Source: a virus. From it: DNA of 60,617 nt. Below the pieces are notes generated by a model. The model was not told the origin of the DNA and made no database searches. It saw nothing but the letters and a program-made list of their open reading frames with translations. Positions 42,312-52,443 of the stretch are shown here, one piece after another. The position numbers and the translations under genes are program-made. How positions within the stretch are numbered: the stretch's first letter is position 1; each line of letters opens with the position of its first letter. The stretch is taken from IMG/VR virus record IMGVR_UViG_3300045988_140605; one strand, given 5' to 3'.

Positions 42312-42893
42312 TTATCCAAGCGTCATGGTCACGTTCTTACCCGCCTTGTCTGCCATGCTCGACGCAATCGACTGGTAAATTTTGCCCACGTTGTCCAGAT
42401 TGCGCTGGTAGTCGCTCATCAGCCCGTCCAGCTTCCCGTCGAACCGCTCAAGGAGCATTTCCTTCGCCTTTTCCGTGGCGTCCTCCATGATCTGGTTGCC
42501 GTCCACCTTAGCCGCTTCCCTGGCGATAGCGTCGGATACGCTCTTGCTCAGCTTGCCGTAGCTTTCCTTGACCGCATCGCGAACGCATTTCTGCGTCTGC
42601 CGGGCCAAATCGTCCTCCACACAGCGCACCGCATGGTTCACTACTCGTCCAACCTCATGGGCGGCAGCGTTATTGATTGCCCGATCTACCACGTCGTGCT
42701 GAATATCCACCACCGTCAGTTCGGCCACATGATCGCAGGCTTTGCTCACAAGCCGCACAGTCCTGCGCAGCTCATGGTGACAATATACTGCCGCCAACAC
42801 GGATACGCCGGAAAGCACCAGCAGACCAATTCGCTCCATACGGTGGAGCTTGCGCTCAAATTCTTCCTCACGGGAAACAGTGCGATTATCCAT
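42312..42893 (-). CDS. Membrane-anchored helical protein
   Basis: It has one TM helix (IGLLVLSGVSVLAAVY). ATG 42893 lies 9 nt after AAGGAG. ATG 42914 is the alternative start. Confidence 0.45.
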   Translation of the reverse strand: MDNRTVSREEEFERKLHRMERIGLLVLSGVSVLAAVYCHHELRRTVRLVSKACDHVAELTVVDIQHDVVDRAINNAAAHEVGRVVNHAVRCVEDDLARQTQKCVRDAVKESYGKLSKSVSDAIAREAAKVDGNQIMEDATEKAKEMLLERFDGKLDGLMSDYQRNLDNVGKIYQSIASSMADKAGKNVTMTLG

Positions 42894-42907
42894 ATCCTTA
42901 TGCTCCT

Positions 42908-44155
42908 TTACCATTTAATGAATCGACTTTCGTTGAACGTCTTCTTGTCCTTCAAAGCCCGGCTGATGGCCAGATCAATGCCGCTGCGGCTTTTCAGGTG
43001 ATAATAGTAAAGGTCATGGAACGGCGTGTTCAGCCGGTCGATCCGGCCGCTTGCCTGCACCATGACCTTGTAGGAATAGTTCTGAGAATAAAAGAGGATA
43101 GTATCCGTTTCGATGCAGTTCCACCCCTCCGAGCCCGCGCCATAGTTCACAAAATACACCCAGCGATTAGTCTTGGGAATAGGCTCATGCTTGTGTCCGT
43201 TCCATTCCGCCATAGCCGTTCCCGCCTCCCAGCCCAGTGATTTCAGAATTTCCAGCTCATAATCAAAGCTGTAAAATATAATCATCCTCGGGTGCTTCTC
43301 GGCGATTTCCAGCGCCATTCTCTGACGGCTTTCGTCCTGGTTGACGGCTCGTCGTAAGCAGTAGCACAGTCCGCCTGCGTTCTCAATCGGCTCATTCTTC
43401 CAAATATCCCAACGTGATCGCATCAGATCTTTGTACAGCGAAATATCATACTGCACATACACATCCTCATGATGCGCCTGCGTGGGGCGCTTGAAGTCCA
43501 TGTCAATCAGGATGGAATCCCGCAGTCTTTCCAAACGCCCCTCGCCCAGATACCTCTCGATTTTGGGAAACTTCGCCGCATGAGAATATACGATGTGCTC
43601 CCGTGCAAACTGGGTACGGTTCTTGTAAAAGCCGTTGGCGATGAATAGCGGAATATAATCGCTCCAGTTATCGCCCGGCGTGGCCGACAGAAGAATCCAT
43701 CGGTTCCGCCTGGCAATTCTCAGGAAGCTCTTTACCCATACGCCGCTGCCTACCACGCGCTGCTCGTCAAATATAAAGAAGGCGTTCTCCGCTTCCGTAT
43801 ATTTGTGCACGTTGTTCCAGCTGTCTACTATCACTCTGTTGCCGTATAGGTTGGTCTCCTTTGCAGTAGAAAGCAGAAATGGCGCCAGCTCCTTTTCCCA
43901 TTCGAAGGTGTCGCGCTTGCGGGCAGTGGTGATGATGTAAAGATCCATCGGCGGATCATCCATGGGAATATAATCCTCGCCCTGAAGGCAGGCGATTTCG
44001 CCGCCGTTTTCCAGATAGTAATAGCTGATCGCCGTCAGGCTTTTTCCGCTGCCAACGCCCCCGCACACAACGCAGCCGTTCTTCATCCGCTGAATAGCCT
44101 CCAACTGATGCGAATAGAGATTGATTCTTGCCAACGCTATCCCTGCTTCCTTCAT
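42908..44155 (-). CDS. SF2 (DEAD/SNF2-like) helicase
   Basis: Walker A is GGVGSGKS, motif II is IFDEQ and motif VI is QASGRIDRL. ATG 44227 is an alternative start. Confidence 0.75.
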   Translation of the reverse strand: MKEAGIALARINLYSHQLEAIQRMKNGCVVCGGVGSGKSLTAISYYYLENGGEIACLQGEDYIPMDDPPMDLYIITTARKRDTFEWEKELAPFLLSTAKETNLYGNRVIVDSWNNVHKYTEAENAFFIFDEQRVVGSGVWVKSFLRIARRNRWILLSATPGDNWSDYIPLFIANGFYKNRTQFAREHIVYSHAAKFPKIERYLGEGRLERLRDSILIDMDFKRPTQAHHEDVYVQYDISLYKDLMRSRWDIWKNEPIENAGGLCYCLRRAVNQDESRQRMALEIAEKHPRMIIFYSFDYELEILKSLGWEAGTAMAEWNGHKHEPIPKTNRWVYFVNYGAGSEGWNCIETDTILFYSQNYSYKVMVQASGRIDRLNTPFHDLYYYHLKSRSGIDLAISRALKDKKTFNESRFIKW

Positions 44156-44162
44156 CCGTTTC

Positions 44163-44684
44163 TTAAAACGGATCGTCCTCGTAGTCCTCCCGGCGACGGC
44201 GATACCGCTCCGCATAGGGGTCGTCATCCAGATCCTGCTCCACGTACATCGTGCGAATATACAGGCTCAGCTGATGATTCACCGGGTCGTACTCATACGG
44301 GTTCAAAATCACGTTCACGTTTTTCACCCGCATGTGGTCGATACATGCAACGCTCTCCTCATCCAGCAGCACAGGCTCGCTGTCGCCGCTTACCAAATAT
44401 ACCTTCGGCGGGTACTTCACCGGCGCGCCGCTGCGCGTCCTGTACATCAGCACGCCCGTCACAAAGTATTCAGGAACGAAGCTCTGCGGATCGTCGTCCG
44501 GGCGCGGTCTGGTTTCGCGCACCTTAAAGCCCGCCTTAATCAGATCCCGCGCTTGCTCTGGGTCGGGGATCACGATGCTCGCCTTGCGCCGCACGTCGTT
44601 GAAGCGGTCGTTGGCGGGGTCGCCGGAAAAGTTGGTCTGGAAGATGAATCGGGTGTTGTCCACAGCAATGGTCTTTCCAATCAT
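44163..44684 (-). CDS. Putative ssDNA-binding protein (acidic C-terminal tail ending in DDPF)
   Basis: The C-terminus DLDDDPYAERYRRRREDYEDDPF recalls the SSB and gp2.5 acidic tails ending in F. It sits in the replication block and has an AAGGAG RBS. Confidence 0.5.
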   Translation of the reverse strand: MIGKTIAVDNTRFIFQTNFSGDPANDRFNDVRRKASIVIPDPEQARDLIKAGFKVRETRPRPDDDPQSFVPEYFVTGVLMYRTRSGAPVKYPPKVYLVSGDSEPVLLDEESVACIDHMRVKNVNVILNPYEYDPVNHQLSLYIRTMYVEQDLDDDPYAERYRRRREDYEDDPF

Positions 44685-44856
44685 AAGTCATTACTCCTTT
44701 ACAAATATCTTGCTTTCTCCATTGTCGTCGGTGATAGTGACAATAGAACCTGGCGTGAACCAGCATTTCTGCGAGGCCCAGGCCAGGTTCAAAGTCGTCA
44801 TGGGTTAAATTTCGAGCAGATAGCTTCGATTCCCGCTCTCTACCAGGAAGAATCGG

Positions 44857-47800
44857 TTACACTCCGTCATGCGCATCTCCTTCCGGCGGCACATCGTATG
44901 GGTCATCCGACTGAAACCACTCGAAATCGCCATACTTGGAAATGGTCTCGATGGCGTCGTCCACCAGCTTGTCGTAATAGCTTCGGTCAATATCAGCTTC
45001 GCGATGAAGCGCCGCAACCATTTCGCTTTCCATCCAACGGAAGCCCTTGCTGCCCGTTGCCGCGGCGTATTTACCGCCCGCTTCCCGCAGCAGCACGCCG
45101 CCTCCGCTTCCGGCATTTACCGGCGTGAATTCACCCACGCGCCCCACAAAGCGGTAGTCGTGTCCAGCGGCAATCTGCTCATCCAGCGTGCGCAAATATC
45201 TTTCGTCCTGAATCGGCAGTCCCTCTTCGCCAGAAGCCTTATAGTCGATCCAGTCCTCCAGATTCATGTTCAGCTCCTTCAGCTTCTTTTTGAGCATTTC
45301 TTCTTCATTGCTCACATCGGGCAGTGCTTCGTTCATGTCCAGATACAGCGCACCGCTTACCGAGAAGGTCTCACACATGTCCTTAAATTCAAGCGGTTCA
45401 CGGCTGAACAGGGTCTTGAACACATAGGGCACTGCAAACTGTTTGCCTGTGGCCGTCCATTTGCCATTGTCCTTTCCGCCTTTATATCTGGCAATGTACA
45501 CGGCGTCGTTCACCAGGCACATCTTGTCGTAAGTAGCCTCGTGCTCAAAGGTGTAGCCATACTTCTTGCCGTAATCCATTACAAAAGCGATGATATCCGG
45601 ATCTGCGTCTGGAATCTTGATGGAGTCCGTCTTGATGTGCGCCACGGTAAAGCCCCGTTTTTGCACCTCGTGCTTCAGGTTTACCATGAACAGCGCACCG
45701 CGTTTGGCTACGATGTTGTCGCGGTTCCTCGGGTCTCGGAAGGCGTTCTCGAAAGCTGCGCTAGTCAAGCCGTATACAGAATTGATGGCTGTCTTTAAAG
45801 CATTCGCCAGCTGCTTCGACGTCATTTCGCCGCCAATGACCTTCTGCACGTAGGGAGCCAGCTTGCCGTCCAGAATATGATTTACCTCGTCCCATGCCTC
45901 GTGCTTGATGCTCACGCGGCCGTCCACGATTTCCTTAAAGCGGCGGGTGAACGTGGGGCCAAACAGGCATTCCGCAATCACGCTGTGCGGGTGCATGGAT
46001 GCAATATCCAGCAGCGCCACGTTTCCGTACATTCCCGGCTCGGCATAAACGTATCCGCCTTCGCCAACTTCTTCGCCCTGATAGATGCTTACATAGCCGC
46101 GCTTACTCTGACCGGGCATGGGATTTCCATCCTCGTCTGCCCATTCGAAGGCTGACGCTTTGTCGCCGGGTCCGAAGTAATATCCGGGAAAGTAAGGGAG
46201 TAAGCTGTCTTCCTCGCCGTGGAGTTGCGACATCATTTCCGGGCAGGCGTCCTTGAGGAATTTCAGCACTTCCTGTTTCAGCTCGTGCACCGGCTGGCTC
46301 AGATCACGGTAGTTGAATTCTGCCTGCGGTCTGCGCACCCGGTCAAATATGATTCGCGTGGTCAGGCTGTTGGTGGTGTCGTTCACCGTCATTCCTGCGA
46401 TGTCTGCCAGAATCTGCCGCGCCGTCCAGTCTGCCGAAAGGTGATTAAATACCGCTTCCGTGGCAATCACGTCGTTGTCGCAGTATTCGGCTACCTTGGG
46501 CCACATTTCTTCCGGCACAGGCTTGTCCCATGGCAATCCAAGCTCCTGATGATGAATGCCAAGCTCAATTTCAAATTTCTTCAGGCTCTTCTTATTGCTG
46601 GCTGATGCGAAATCGTACACATCCGTGTAGCTGACGTTGTACGCTTCCCCAAAGAAAGCGTCGCTGCGCTTGCCTCCGGATATAATCCGCTGACTCAGGT
46701 TGTAGAGCTGCATGTTACTGTAGCCCATCAGTCGTCCCCAGAGAATATGATTATCATACCGGCGGCAGTTGAAGCCGATCAGGCGGTAACGCATTAGCTC
46801 TTCCACCTCGGCAGGCGTGGGGTTAATCATCCGAACCACTTTTTTACTCTCACCCTGGAGTTTCCAGTTGACGAGAAAGAGGTTGGGAAACACCTCCACA
46901 TCGTAAAACACGATCGGTGCTTCGCTTGGGGCTTCCGCCTCCGCTTCCTTGTCTTTGGAGCGGAACTGCATCTTTCCTACCAGCTTCAGGCAATAGTCGG
47001 CCTGATGGGTGCTTCGCGCTGCAAAGGCGTATACGGCGTTTCGCATGTCGCTAACGTCGTAGCTCAGCTTTTCATCGTTATACGCATCCTCCAAAATCTT
47101 ATAGATAAAGTCAATGCTCGGCTTGGTGCCGGGATGAATTTCCTTGTCCAGATTCCTTTTAATCAGCGCTCGCAATCCCTTTTCGCTTTGCACAGAATCA
47201 AAGTTTACCGTTTTCTTCGCCTCCTTCAGCGGCAGTCCATGGGTAAGGGTAGCGATAGGTAAGTCGTTACACAGAGAGAGTTTTCTGCGCAGGCTGGAAT
47301 TACCGTTGAACACCTTCACCTCAATGTGGTCGGCATAGATGCGGCTTAGCTGCGTCACGTCGCCCTGGTAAATATAATGCAGATGAATGGCCTTACCGCT
47401 CTTGCTCACCTCCGCATACGTTGGCGGCCATTTGGACGCCTCCTCCAGATTGCGCTCAAAGCTCTTTTCACCGTCCGCACCCAAAATATCAAAATCGATT
47501 ACGATCAGGTTCAGCGGCGTTTTCACATAATGCGGCTTTGAGGTGTCCAGATCGGCAAGGGTTGTCTGCACGTTCTCCCACTTCCGTGAAGGCGTTCCAT
47601 TGTCATTGGCATACTGCGCCGAACAGGAAGCATATTCTCTGTCGAAGCGGCTGGGCTGCGCTTTCAAATCGAGCGCCGGTTTAGGCGTATCATCGGTTTT
47701 CTCCTGTTTTTCTTCTTCAAATTTCTCCTTTCGAAACCCCCGATAATAGCTTCTCACCCGCGTACCATCGGAGAGAATTTCTCGCTCACTGTACTCCCGG

Positions 47801-49017
47801 AAGTAGTTTTTCAGCTCTTCCTTGAACGCGCGCTGCGTGTAGGGATAGCCTACCTTCGCATCCTCGCAGTAGGTTTTGTACATCGTCCATGCGGCCTTGA
47901 GCGTAGTCTCGTCGCTTTTGTTAAACACGGCCCAGCTGTCCAGCACGAAATTATAGAAGTCATTGGATGCGCTGAGCATGGAGAGCGGCACGTAGTCGTC
48001 ATAAGCGTCCGGCTCTTGTAAATATACATCCATGCAGTGCTTGGCAATGGCGCCCAACTCGAAGGTGATCTGCTTCATGAGCTGCCTGTATTCCCCGGGA
48101 CGAATTTTTTCTCCCGTAGGCGATACGTCGATCAGTCGCCTGAGTAGGCCGCTCTTTGCGTCCGTAATCTTCACAGGGCGGTTTGTGCCCATGAATAGAA
48201 AGCACTTGAAATTGTTCTCATACATCTTGGAGAACTTCTCATTCACGCTCATTCGCTCATGGGAAACCAGGCTGTTCAGCCGCGTGTTGTCCTCGATCCG
48301 GCTCAAATCGCCGTCGTGCTCAATGGCCACCAGCGGGTTCTTTTTGAAGGGTTCCAGCGCGAAAGCATTGTTGCTTTGTCCTAAATCCTTCGATACAAAC
48401 GAAGCCGTATAGCCCTCAAACAGCTGCTCGATGATGCCGATGATGGTGGACTTGCCAGTTCCTGCCGCGCCATAAAAAACCATGAACTTTTGCAGTCTGC
48501 GGCTGTCTCCGGATACGATGCTGCCGATAGCCCATTCGATTTTCTTGCGCTCGGCCGGAGAATATAACACGCTCACCAGCCGGTCCCATGCGCTTACGTC
48601 GCCCTCCTCCAGCGGATAGGGCAGGCGTTTGGAGGCATAGTCCTGGCGATTGGTGGGCGTGTTCTGAAAGATCAGTTTTTCATCCAGCATGTGGAAGGAA
48701 TCGCGCATCTGCCGCTGACAGTATTTGTGCCAAACGTCGATCATGCCGCTTTCCGCATCCCACAAATGCAGCACCTTATAGCCGTTCTCAAAGCGCGAAG
48801 CATTCTCCTTGGCGTACTTATCCAGCTCTCCATCGATGATATCCACCGCATCCTGCTCGCTGGTAGACCACAGACCCTTTTCCTCTACCCAAATGGCGTA
48901 AAAATCTCCGCCGCGAATCATCAAATGTTGGCTGGGATTCCTGATGATAAACTTAGGATAGATTTCGGTCGTCCCGCGCTTGGTCTGGCGGGTAGAAATC
49001 ATCAGAAAGTCGATCAT
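44857..49017 (-). CDS. Fusion protein: SF3 (D5/P4-type) helicase, AEP primase-like domain and family B DNA polymerase
   Basis: Walker A is FYGAAGTGKS (aa 181-190). The AEP-like segment is LIVIDFDI...SKSGKAIHLHYIY. PolB motifs are Exo I FYDVEVF, Exo II YCDNDV, motif A LLDIASMHPHS, motif B KTAINSVYG and motif C HIKTDSI. Confidence 0.8.
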   Translation of the reverse strand: MIDFLMISTRQTKRGTTEIYPKFIIRNPSQHLMIRGGDFYAIWVEEKGLWSTSEQDAVDIIDGELDKYAKENASRFENGYKVLHLWDAESGMIDVWHKYCQRQMRDSFHMLDEKLIFQNTPTNRQDYASKRLPYPLEEGDVSAWDRLVSVLYSPAERKKIEWAIGSIVSGDSRRLQKFMVFYGAAGTGKSTIIGIIEQLFEGYTASFVSKDLGQSNNAFALEPFKKNPLVAIEHDGDLSRIEDNTRLNSLVSHERMSVNEKFSKMYENNFKCFLFMGTNRPVKITDAKSGLLRRLIDVSPTGEKIRPGEYRQLMKQITFELGAIAKHCMDVYLQEPDAYDDYVPLSMLSASNDFYNFVLDSWAVFNKSDETTLKAAWTMYKTYCEDAKVGYPYTQRAFKEELKNYFREYSEREILSDGTRVRSYYRGFRKEKFEEEKQEKTDDTPKPALDLKAQPSRFDREYASCSAQYANDNGTPSRKWENVQTTLADLDTSKPHYVKTPLNLIVIDFDILGADGEKSFERNLEEASKWPPTYAEVSKSGKAIHLHYIYQGDVTQLSRIYADHIEVKVFNGNSSLRRKLSLCNDLPIATLTHGLPLKEAKKTVNFDSVQSEKGLRALIKRNLDKEIHPGTKPSIDFIYKILEDAYNDEKLSYDVSDMRNAVYAFAARSTHQADYCLKLVGKMQFRSKDKEAEAEAPSEAPIVFYDVEVFPNLFLVNWKLQGESKKVVRMINPTPAEVEELMRYRLIGFNCRRYDNHILWGRLMGYSNMQLYNLSQRIISGGKRSDAFFGEAYNVSYTDVYDFASASNKKSLKKFEIELGIHHQELGLPWDKPVPEEMWPKVAEYCDNDVIATEAVFNHLSADWTARQILADIAGMTVNDTTNSLTTRIIFDRVRRPQAEFNYRDLSQPVHELKQEVLKFLKDACPEMMSQLHGEEDSLLPYFPGYYFGPGDKASAFEWADEDGNPMPGQSKRGYVSIYQGEEVGEGGYVYAEPGMYGNVALLDIASMHPHSVIAECLFGPTFTRRFKEIVDGRVSIKHEAWDEVNHILDGKLAPYVQKVIGGEMTSKQLANALKTAINSVYGLTSAAFENAFRDPRNRDNIVAKRGALFMVNLKHEVQKRGFTVAHIKTDSIKIPDADPDIIAFVMDYGKKYGYTFEHEATYDKMCLVNDAVYIARYKGGKDNGKWTATGKQFAVPYVFKTLFSREPLEFKDMCETFSVSGALYLDMNEALPDVSNEEEMLKKKLKELNMNLEDWIDYKASGEEGLPIQDERYLRTLDEQIAAGHDYRFVGRVGEFTPVNAGSGGGVLLREAGGKYAAATGSKGFRWMESEMVAALHREADIDRSYYDKLVDDAIETISKYGDFEWFQSDDPYDVPPEGDAHDGV

Positions 49018-49020
49018 TGT

Positions 49021-49251
49021 TTATCCCGCCATTTCGTCTTTTTCTCGAATCTGCCGCTCGACGTTTTCCAGCCTGAGTTGCTGCTCGGCAACTACGCCAG
49101 CCAACAGACCGACGCAGCAGAACAGCAGGAATATAGAACCTCTGCAATCCTTCAGACGGCGATTCATCTGCCGTAGCGCCTTCTCATGCTGCTCCCTGGT
49201 CACATACAGCTCGCTCAGGTTGACGAATGCAATTTTTCGAAAATCAGTCAT
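49021..49251 (-). CDS. Small membrane protein
   Basis: ATG 49251 overlaps the upstream stop. The TM segment is SIFLLFCCVGLLAGVV. Confidence 0.45.
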   Translation of the reverse strand: MTDFRKIAFVNLSELYVTREQHEKALRQMNRRLKDCRGSIFLLFCCVGLLAGVVAEQQLRLENVERQIREKDEMAG

Positions 49252-49846
49252 CGCTTTCTCGGCCCCCTTCATAAAGGTTCTCATTCAGGTACCACATCAT
49301 CTGATACCAGATTTCTGCATCGCGCATATCGTGCTCCGCATCGCTAATGGTAAACAGCCCGCCAAGACCGGAGGGCAAATACTCCCTTCTCATGAACCTG
49401 TCTAAAATATCTGCCGCCGCAATCTTGTCGAAGTGAGCGTCGTCCATATCCTTAAGTCCCAGGCTTTCGACCATTTCAAAGAACCATTTGGCTGTTCGAT
49501 CGCCCAGCCCCGGATCGTCGGTAATGTGCTCCTCACAGCGCTGAGAGAGTGCTACCATCATCTCCAACACACTGCACGGCTTTCCCATTAAGGCTTCTTC
49601 CACCAGCGCCGCATCGTAATGGGATTCATAGGTGAACCGATAACGAAGATCGATTCCATCATCCGCCCGGTTCCCGTCCATCTCCAAAATATAAATAAAT
49701 TCCGTCTCGTGAAGCAGACGGAAGAGCTTTCTAAAGGACTTTTTCCTTGCGTATTTTCCGCTGCACACAAGATGGATCATCCACTCGAAATATGCGTCCT
49801 CAATTCTGTCCAGCTCTTCCTGCTCCACCCCTCCTTGGGTCCTCAA
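49244..49846 (-). CDS. Conserved hypothetical phage protein
   Basis: The 200-aa ORF contains FRLLHETEFIYILEMDGNRADDGIDLRYRF. Confidence 0.5.
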   Translation of the reverse strand: MRTQGGVEQEELDRIEDAYFEWMIHLVCSGKYARKKSFRKLFRLLHETEFIYILEMDGNRADDGIDLRYRFTYESHYDAALVEEALMGKPCSVLEMMVALSQRCEEHITDDPGLGDRTAKWFFEMVESLGLKDMDDAHFDKIAAADILDRFMRREYLPSGLGGLFTISDAEHDMRDAEIWYQMMWYLNENLYEGGRESDD

Positions 49847-49857
49847 ATCATATCACC

Positions 49858-50403
49858 TCAAGTATTGACCAGATACGGCTTCTCCCGGAGCACATCCGCA
49901 TAGCTTCTCGGATCGGCCAGAATCTCATAGTCCGCCTTCAGCCGGTCATTGCGTACAAATACGCTGTCAGGCTCATAGTCGCCAAAGTGATTCAGGCTGT
50001 CCTTGCCGATGGTCTCCTCGATTTCGTCATCGCTCATGGCGTGATCGCTGTCGTCCGTAACCGTACCGTCGGCATAGTAGGTCAGGCTGATCTCGTCATA
50101 ACCATCCTCCGTGCCAAAATCATCCGGTGAAATCACGCACGGAGCCTGAATCGGTGCAGGCTTTTTTTCTTCGGTATAGCCCAGCTTCGCGGTATACTGG
50201 CTGTAAGCAGTCCGCTCCTTTTCGGTAGGCTTTGGGGACTTTTCTTCCGGCAGCGGATGTTCCTTGCGGAATGCGGCCTTCACCGAATCGATTTCGTCCT
50301 GCACCAGCTGCTCGTATTTATCCTTCATCAGTTTGTTGGCGGCCAGGAATCCAGCGGCGCCGCCCGCCATGAAAAATATAACTCCAATAACACCCTTGTT
50401 CAT
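49858..50403 (-). CDS. Membrane-anchored hypothetical protein
   Basis: It has an N-terminal TM helix (GVIGVIFFMAGGAAGFLAA). Confidence 0.5.
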   Translation of the reverse strand: MNKGVIGVIFFMAGGAAGFLAANKLMKDKYEQLVQDEIDSVKAAFRKEHPLPEEKSPKPTEKERTAYSQYTAKLGYTEEKKPAPIQAPCVISPDDFGTEDGYDEISLTYYADGTVTDDSDHAMSDDEIEETIGKDSLNHFGDYEPDSVFVRNDRLKADYEILADPRSYADVLREKPYLVNT

Positions 50404-50452
50404 TACTTCATTTTCCTCGCTTTCTACAATTTAACGCACGCCCTGCGCTTTT

Positions 50453-50779
50453 TTAACTTTTCGCATTTTCAGCCCGTCTTCTGCGGCCATCCTCCCCACC
50501 AAGAATAATGTCGTTCTGCTCCTGGCTTGTGAATTTCTTCAGGCATTGACGGTAATATGCGTCACTTGTCCGCCCGTCGTACAGGCCTTTGTCGTAGGCA
50601 GAGCATTCCCTGCGGCGCTGCTCGTTTTGCTGATAATCGGAAATCTGACGACGCAGCCCGTCGTTTTCCCGAAGAATATGGCTGTTATCGGTTTTCTGCT
50701 TTTTCTGGTTCTCCAATAAAAACAGCACCAGCATTGAAAGGGCTGTGATAACGAACGTCAGAATAATTGCTCCGATCAT
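50453..50779 (-). CDS. Membrane-anchored hypothetical protein
   Basis: It has an N-terminal TM helix (MIGAIILTFVITALSMLVLFLL). Confidence 0.45.
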   Translation of the reverse strand: MIGAIILTFVITALSMLVLFLLENQKKQKTDNSHILRENDGLRRQISDYQQNEQRRRECSAYDKGLYDGRTSDAYYRQCLKKFTSQEQNDIILGGEDGRRRRAENAKS

Positions 50780-50809
50780 AATAAACGCGCCGCAGGGCGC
50801 TCCCTCCTT

Positions 50810-50953
50810 TTAGTTTTTAATTGTCAGAACAGTTACAGCCAGCCCGCCAAACAGTGCGGATGCGCTCAGCAGAATGCCGCCGACAATATGGCGTTTGCGG
50901 CTGGTATCCAGCAGATTGTCCAGGGAAAATATAAAAGCGTCCAAATACTCCAT
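50810..50953 (-). CDS. Possible 47-aa membrane protein
   Basis: The hand translation is MEYLDAFIFSLDNLLDTSRKRHIVGGILLSASALFGGLAVTVLTIKN. Confidence 0.3.
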   Translation of the reverse strand: MEYLDAFIFSLDNLLDTSRKRHIVGGILLSASALFGGLAVTVLTIKN

Positions 50954-50957
50954 TCGA

Positions 50958-51071
50958 TCAACCCTTCTTCATTTTCTTCGGTTTGGTCAGCACGGCCACG
51001 CCGCCGATCAGGCAAACGCTGGCCATCGCCGCGAGCATTACGCAGGTCGCGGTCTTCAAAGCGGTATCCAT
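50958..51071 (-). CDS. Possible 37-aa membrane protein
   Basis: The hand translation is MDTALKTATCVMLAAMASVCLIGGVAVLTKPKKMKKG. The RBS is AAAGGA. Confidence 0.3.
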   Translation of the reverse strand: MDTALKTATCVMLAAMASVCLIGGVAVLTKPKKMKKG

Positions 51072-51117
51072 GCCTACACATCCTTTCCCCAAATATAAAA
51101 GAAAAGGGGCCTATCCC

Positions 51118-52041
51118 TTACTCGGTGATAAGCCCCTTCTCCTGCGCATGTTCCAGAATCACGCCGTCCACGTTGAAGTCCAGCAGGAACACCTTTTCGT
51201 AGTCCCCAGGCTTGTCGCTACGCTTGCGATAGACTTCCTGAATGCCGAAATCCACGTAATTGTCGCCGTGATCGTCCTTGTTCTTGTCGTACACCCAGCC
51301 GACGGACTGCCCGGCCAAGCTCTTGTCGATGCCCAGCATCTCGTAGACCTCGTTCAGGAACAGGAAGTTATTCGCCCGCAGCATGTGATTGGCCAGCTCC
51401 TGCTGTGCCTTGAGAAAGAACAGGTTGTAGTCAGCGTTCGGTTCCGCTGCACGCGTCTCGCCATAGACAAAATATCGTGCATAGTCGGACAAACCGGGTC
51501 CAAGAACGGTTACATTCTTCTTGACCTTCTTTTCTTTCCCGCTCTCATCCGTTTCCACAACCTCGATCTTCTCCTGATGCCCGTCGAAACGCAGCTCACG
51601 GTCCACATCCTCGCCAAAGCGCTGAATGACCCGGCCGCGATACTGCTTAAAGCCCGCATCCACCGCCGCATAAGCCGCAGCCAGCGCCATATTGCGCTTG
51701 CGCAGAATGTTGTTGCTGGTCAGAATGCCGGTAGCGGACAGCACGCCCACCGCTACCGAAGGCCCATAGAGCTTCACAAATTCTACGCCTGTCTTCATAT
51801 AGACCTTCGTAAGATCATGCTTTTCGGCCCGTTCATCCTTAACCCGCGCATACTTCTTGTGAACGGCTTCGGCGTCCTGCTTGTGCTTTTCCAGCACCGG
51901 ATCCAGCCTGCGCGTCGCTTTGCACGCCATCACCGTGCTGCCGATCATTCCGCCAATGCCCGTGAATACCAGGATTTCAGGGCTGTGCTTTTTCAGGGTC
52001 AACTTCGCCCCGTTCAAAAAGGGTTTCACATCGAGTTTCAT
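51118..52041 (-). CDS. Paralog A of a thrice-repeated membrane-anchored family (DUF6353-like; name uncertain)
   Basis: Shared blocks are SPEILVFTGIGGMIGSTV, RKRNMALAAAYAAV..F.QYRGRV and FLNEVYEMLGI...GQSVGW. Confidence 0.6.
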   Translation of the reverse strand: MKLDVKPFLNGAKLTLKKHSPEILVFTGIGGMIGSTVMACKATRRLDPVLEKHKQDAEAVHKKYARVKDERAEKHDLTKVYMKTGVEFVKLYGPSVAVGVLSATGILTSNNILRKRNMALAAAYAAVDAGFKQYRGRVIQRFGEDVDRELRFDGHQEKIEVVETDESGKEKKVKKNVTVLGPGLSDYARYFVYGETRAAEPNADYNLFFLKAQQELANHMLRANNFLFLNEVYEMLGIDKSLAGQSVGWVYDKNKDDHGDNYVDFGIQEVYRKRSDKPGDYEKVFLLDFNVDGVILEHAQEKGLITE

Positions 52042-52053
52042 TTCTCTTCCTCC

Positions 52054-52443
52054 TTATCGAATACTGCTTGACGTGCTCGCCATCAGCTTGCGCATTTCTT
52101 CGTCATGCTTCTCCACGATGCCAATCAGCCGATCCAAATACCACTTGGCTTTCTTCAGATCTTCAAGCCCGTTCTTGCTCTTCCAGCGGCACATGTATTT
52201 GAGCACGTTGCCAGTGTTCGTGGCCTCACCACCCACCAGATCCTCGGTAAAGGCTTCAATCACGTCGATAGTCTCCAAGCCGCTTTTGCTCTGGTAATGC
52301 TTGGGGTGATTCACATTGTCCGCGGGTTCTACCGTTCCAGTTTCGTTACAGCACTTACCAAGCTCACTATAGGCTTTCTTGATGCTGTCGAATGCCGATT
52401 TAGCAGTAGATTCCATGATAGCAGTTTCAGAATTCACGTCCAT
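52054..52443 (-). CDS. DUF3310-family phage protein
   Basis: VNHPKHYQ...ETIDVIEAF...NVLKYMCRWKSKNGLEDLKKAKWYL matches the family pattern. Confidence 0.6.
   Translation of the reverse strand: MDVNSETAIMESTAKSAFDSIKKAYSELGKCCNETGTVEPADNVNHPKHYQSKSGLETIDVIEAFTEDLVGGEATNTGNVLKYMCRWKSKNGLEDLKKAKWYLDRLIGIVEKHDEEMRKLMASTSSSIR

Noticed and set aside
50866-51081. 71-aa R/D-rich ORF from the track
   Set aside because: Its composition is implausible. The same DNA encodes two small hydrophobic ORFs in another frame (50958-51071 and 50810-50953), which fit the local pattern better.
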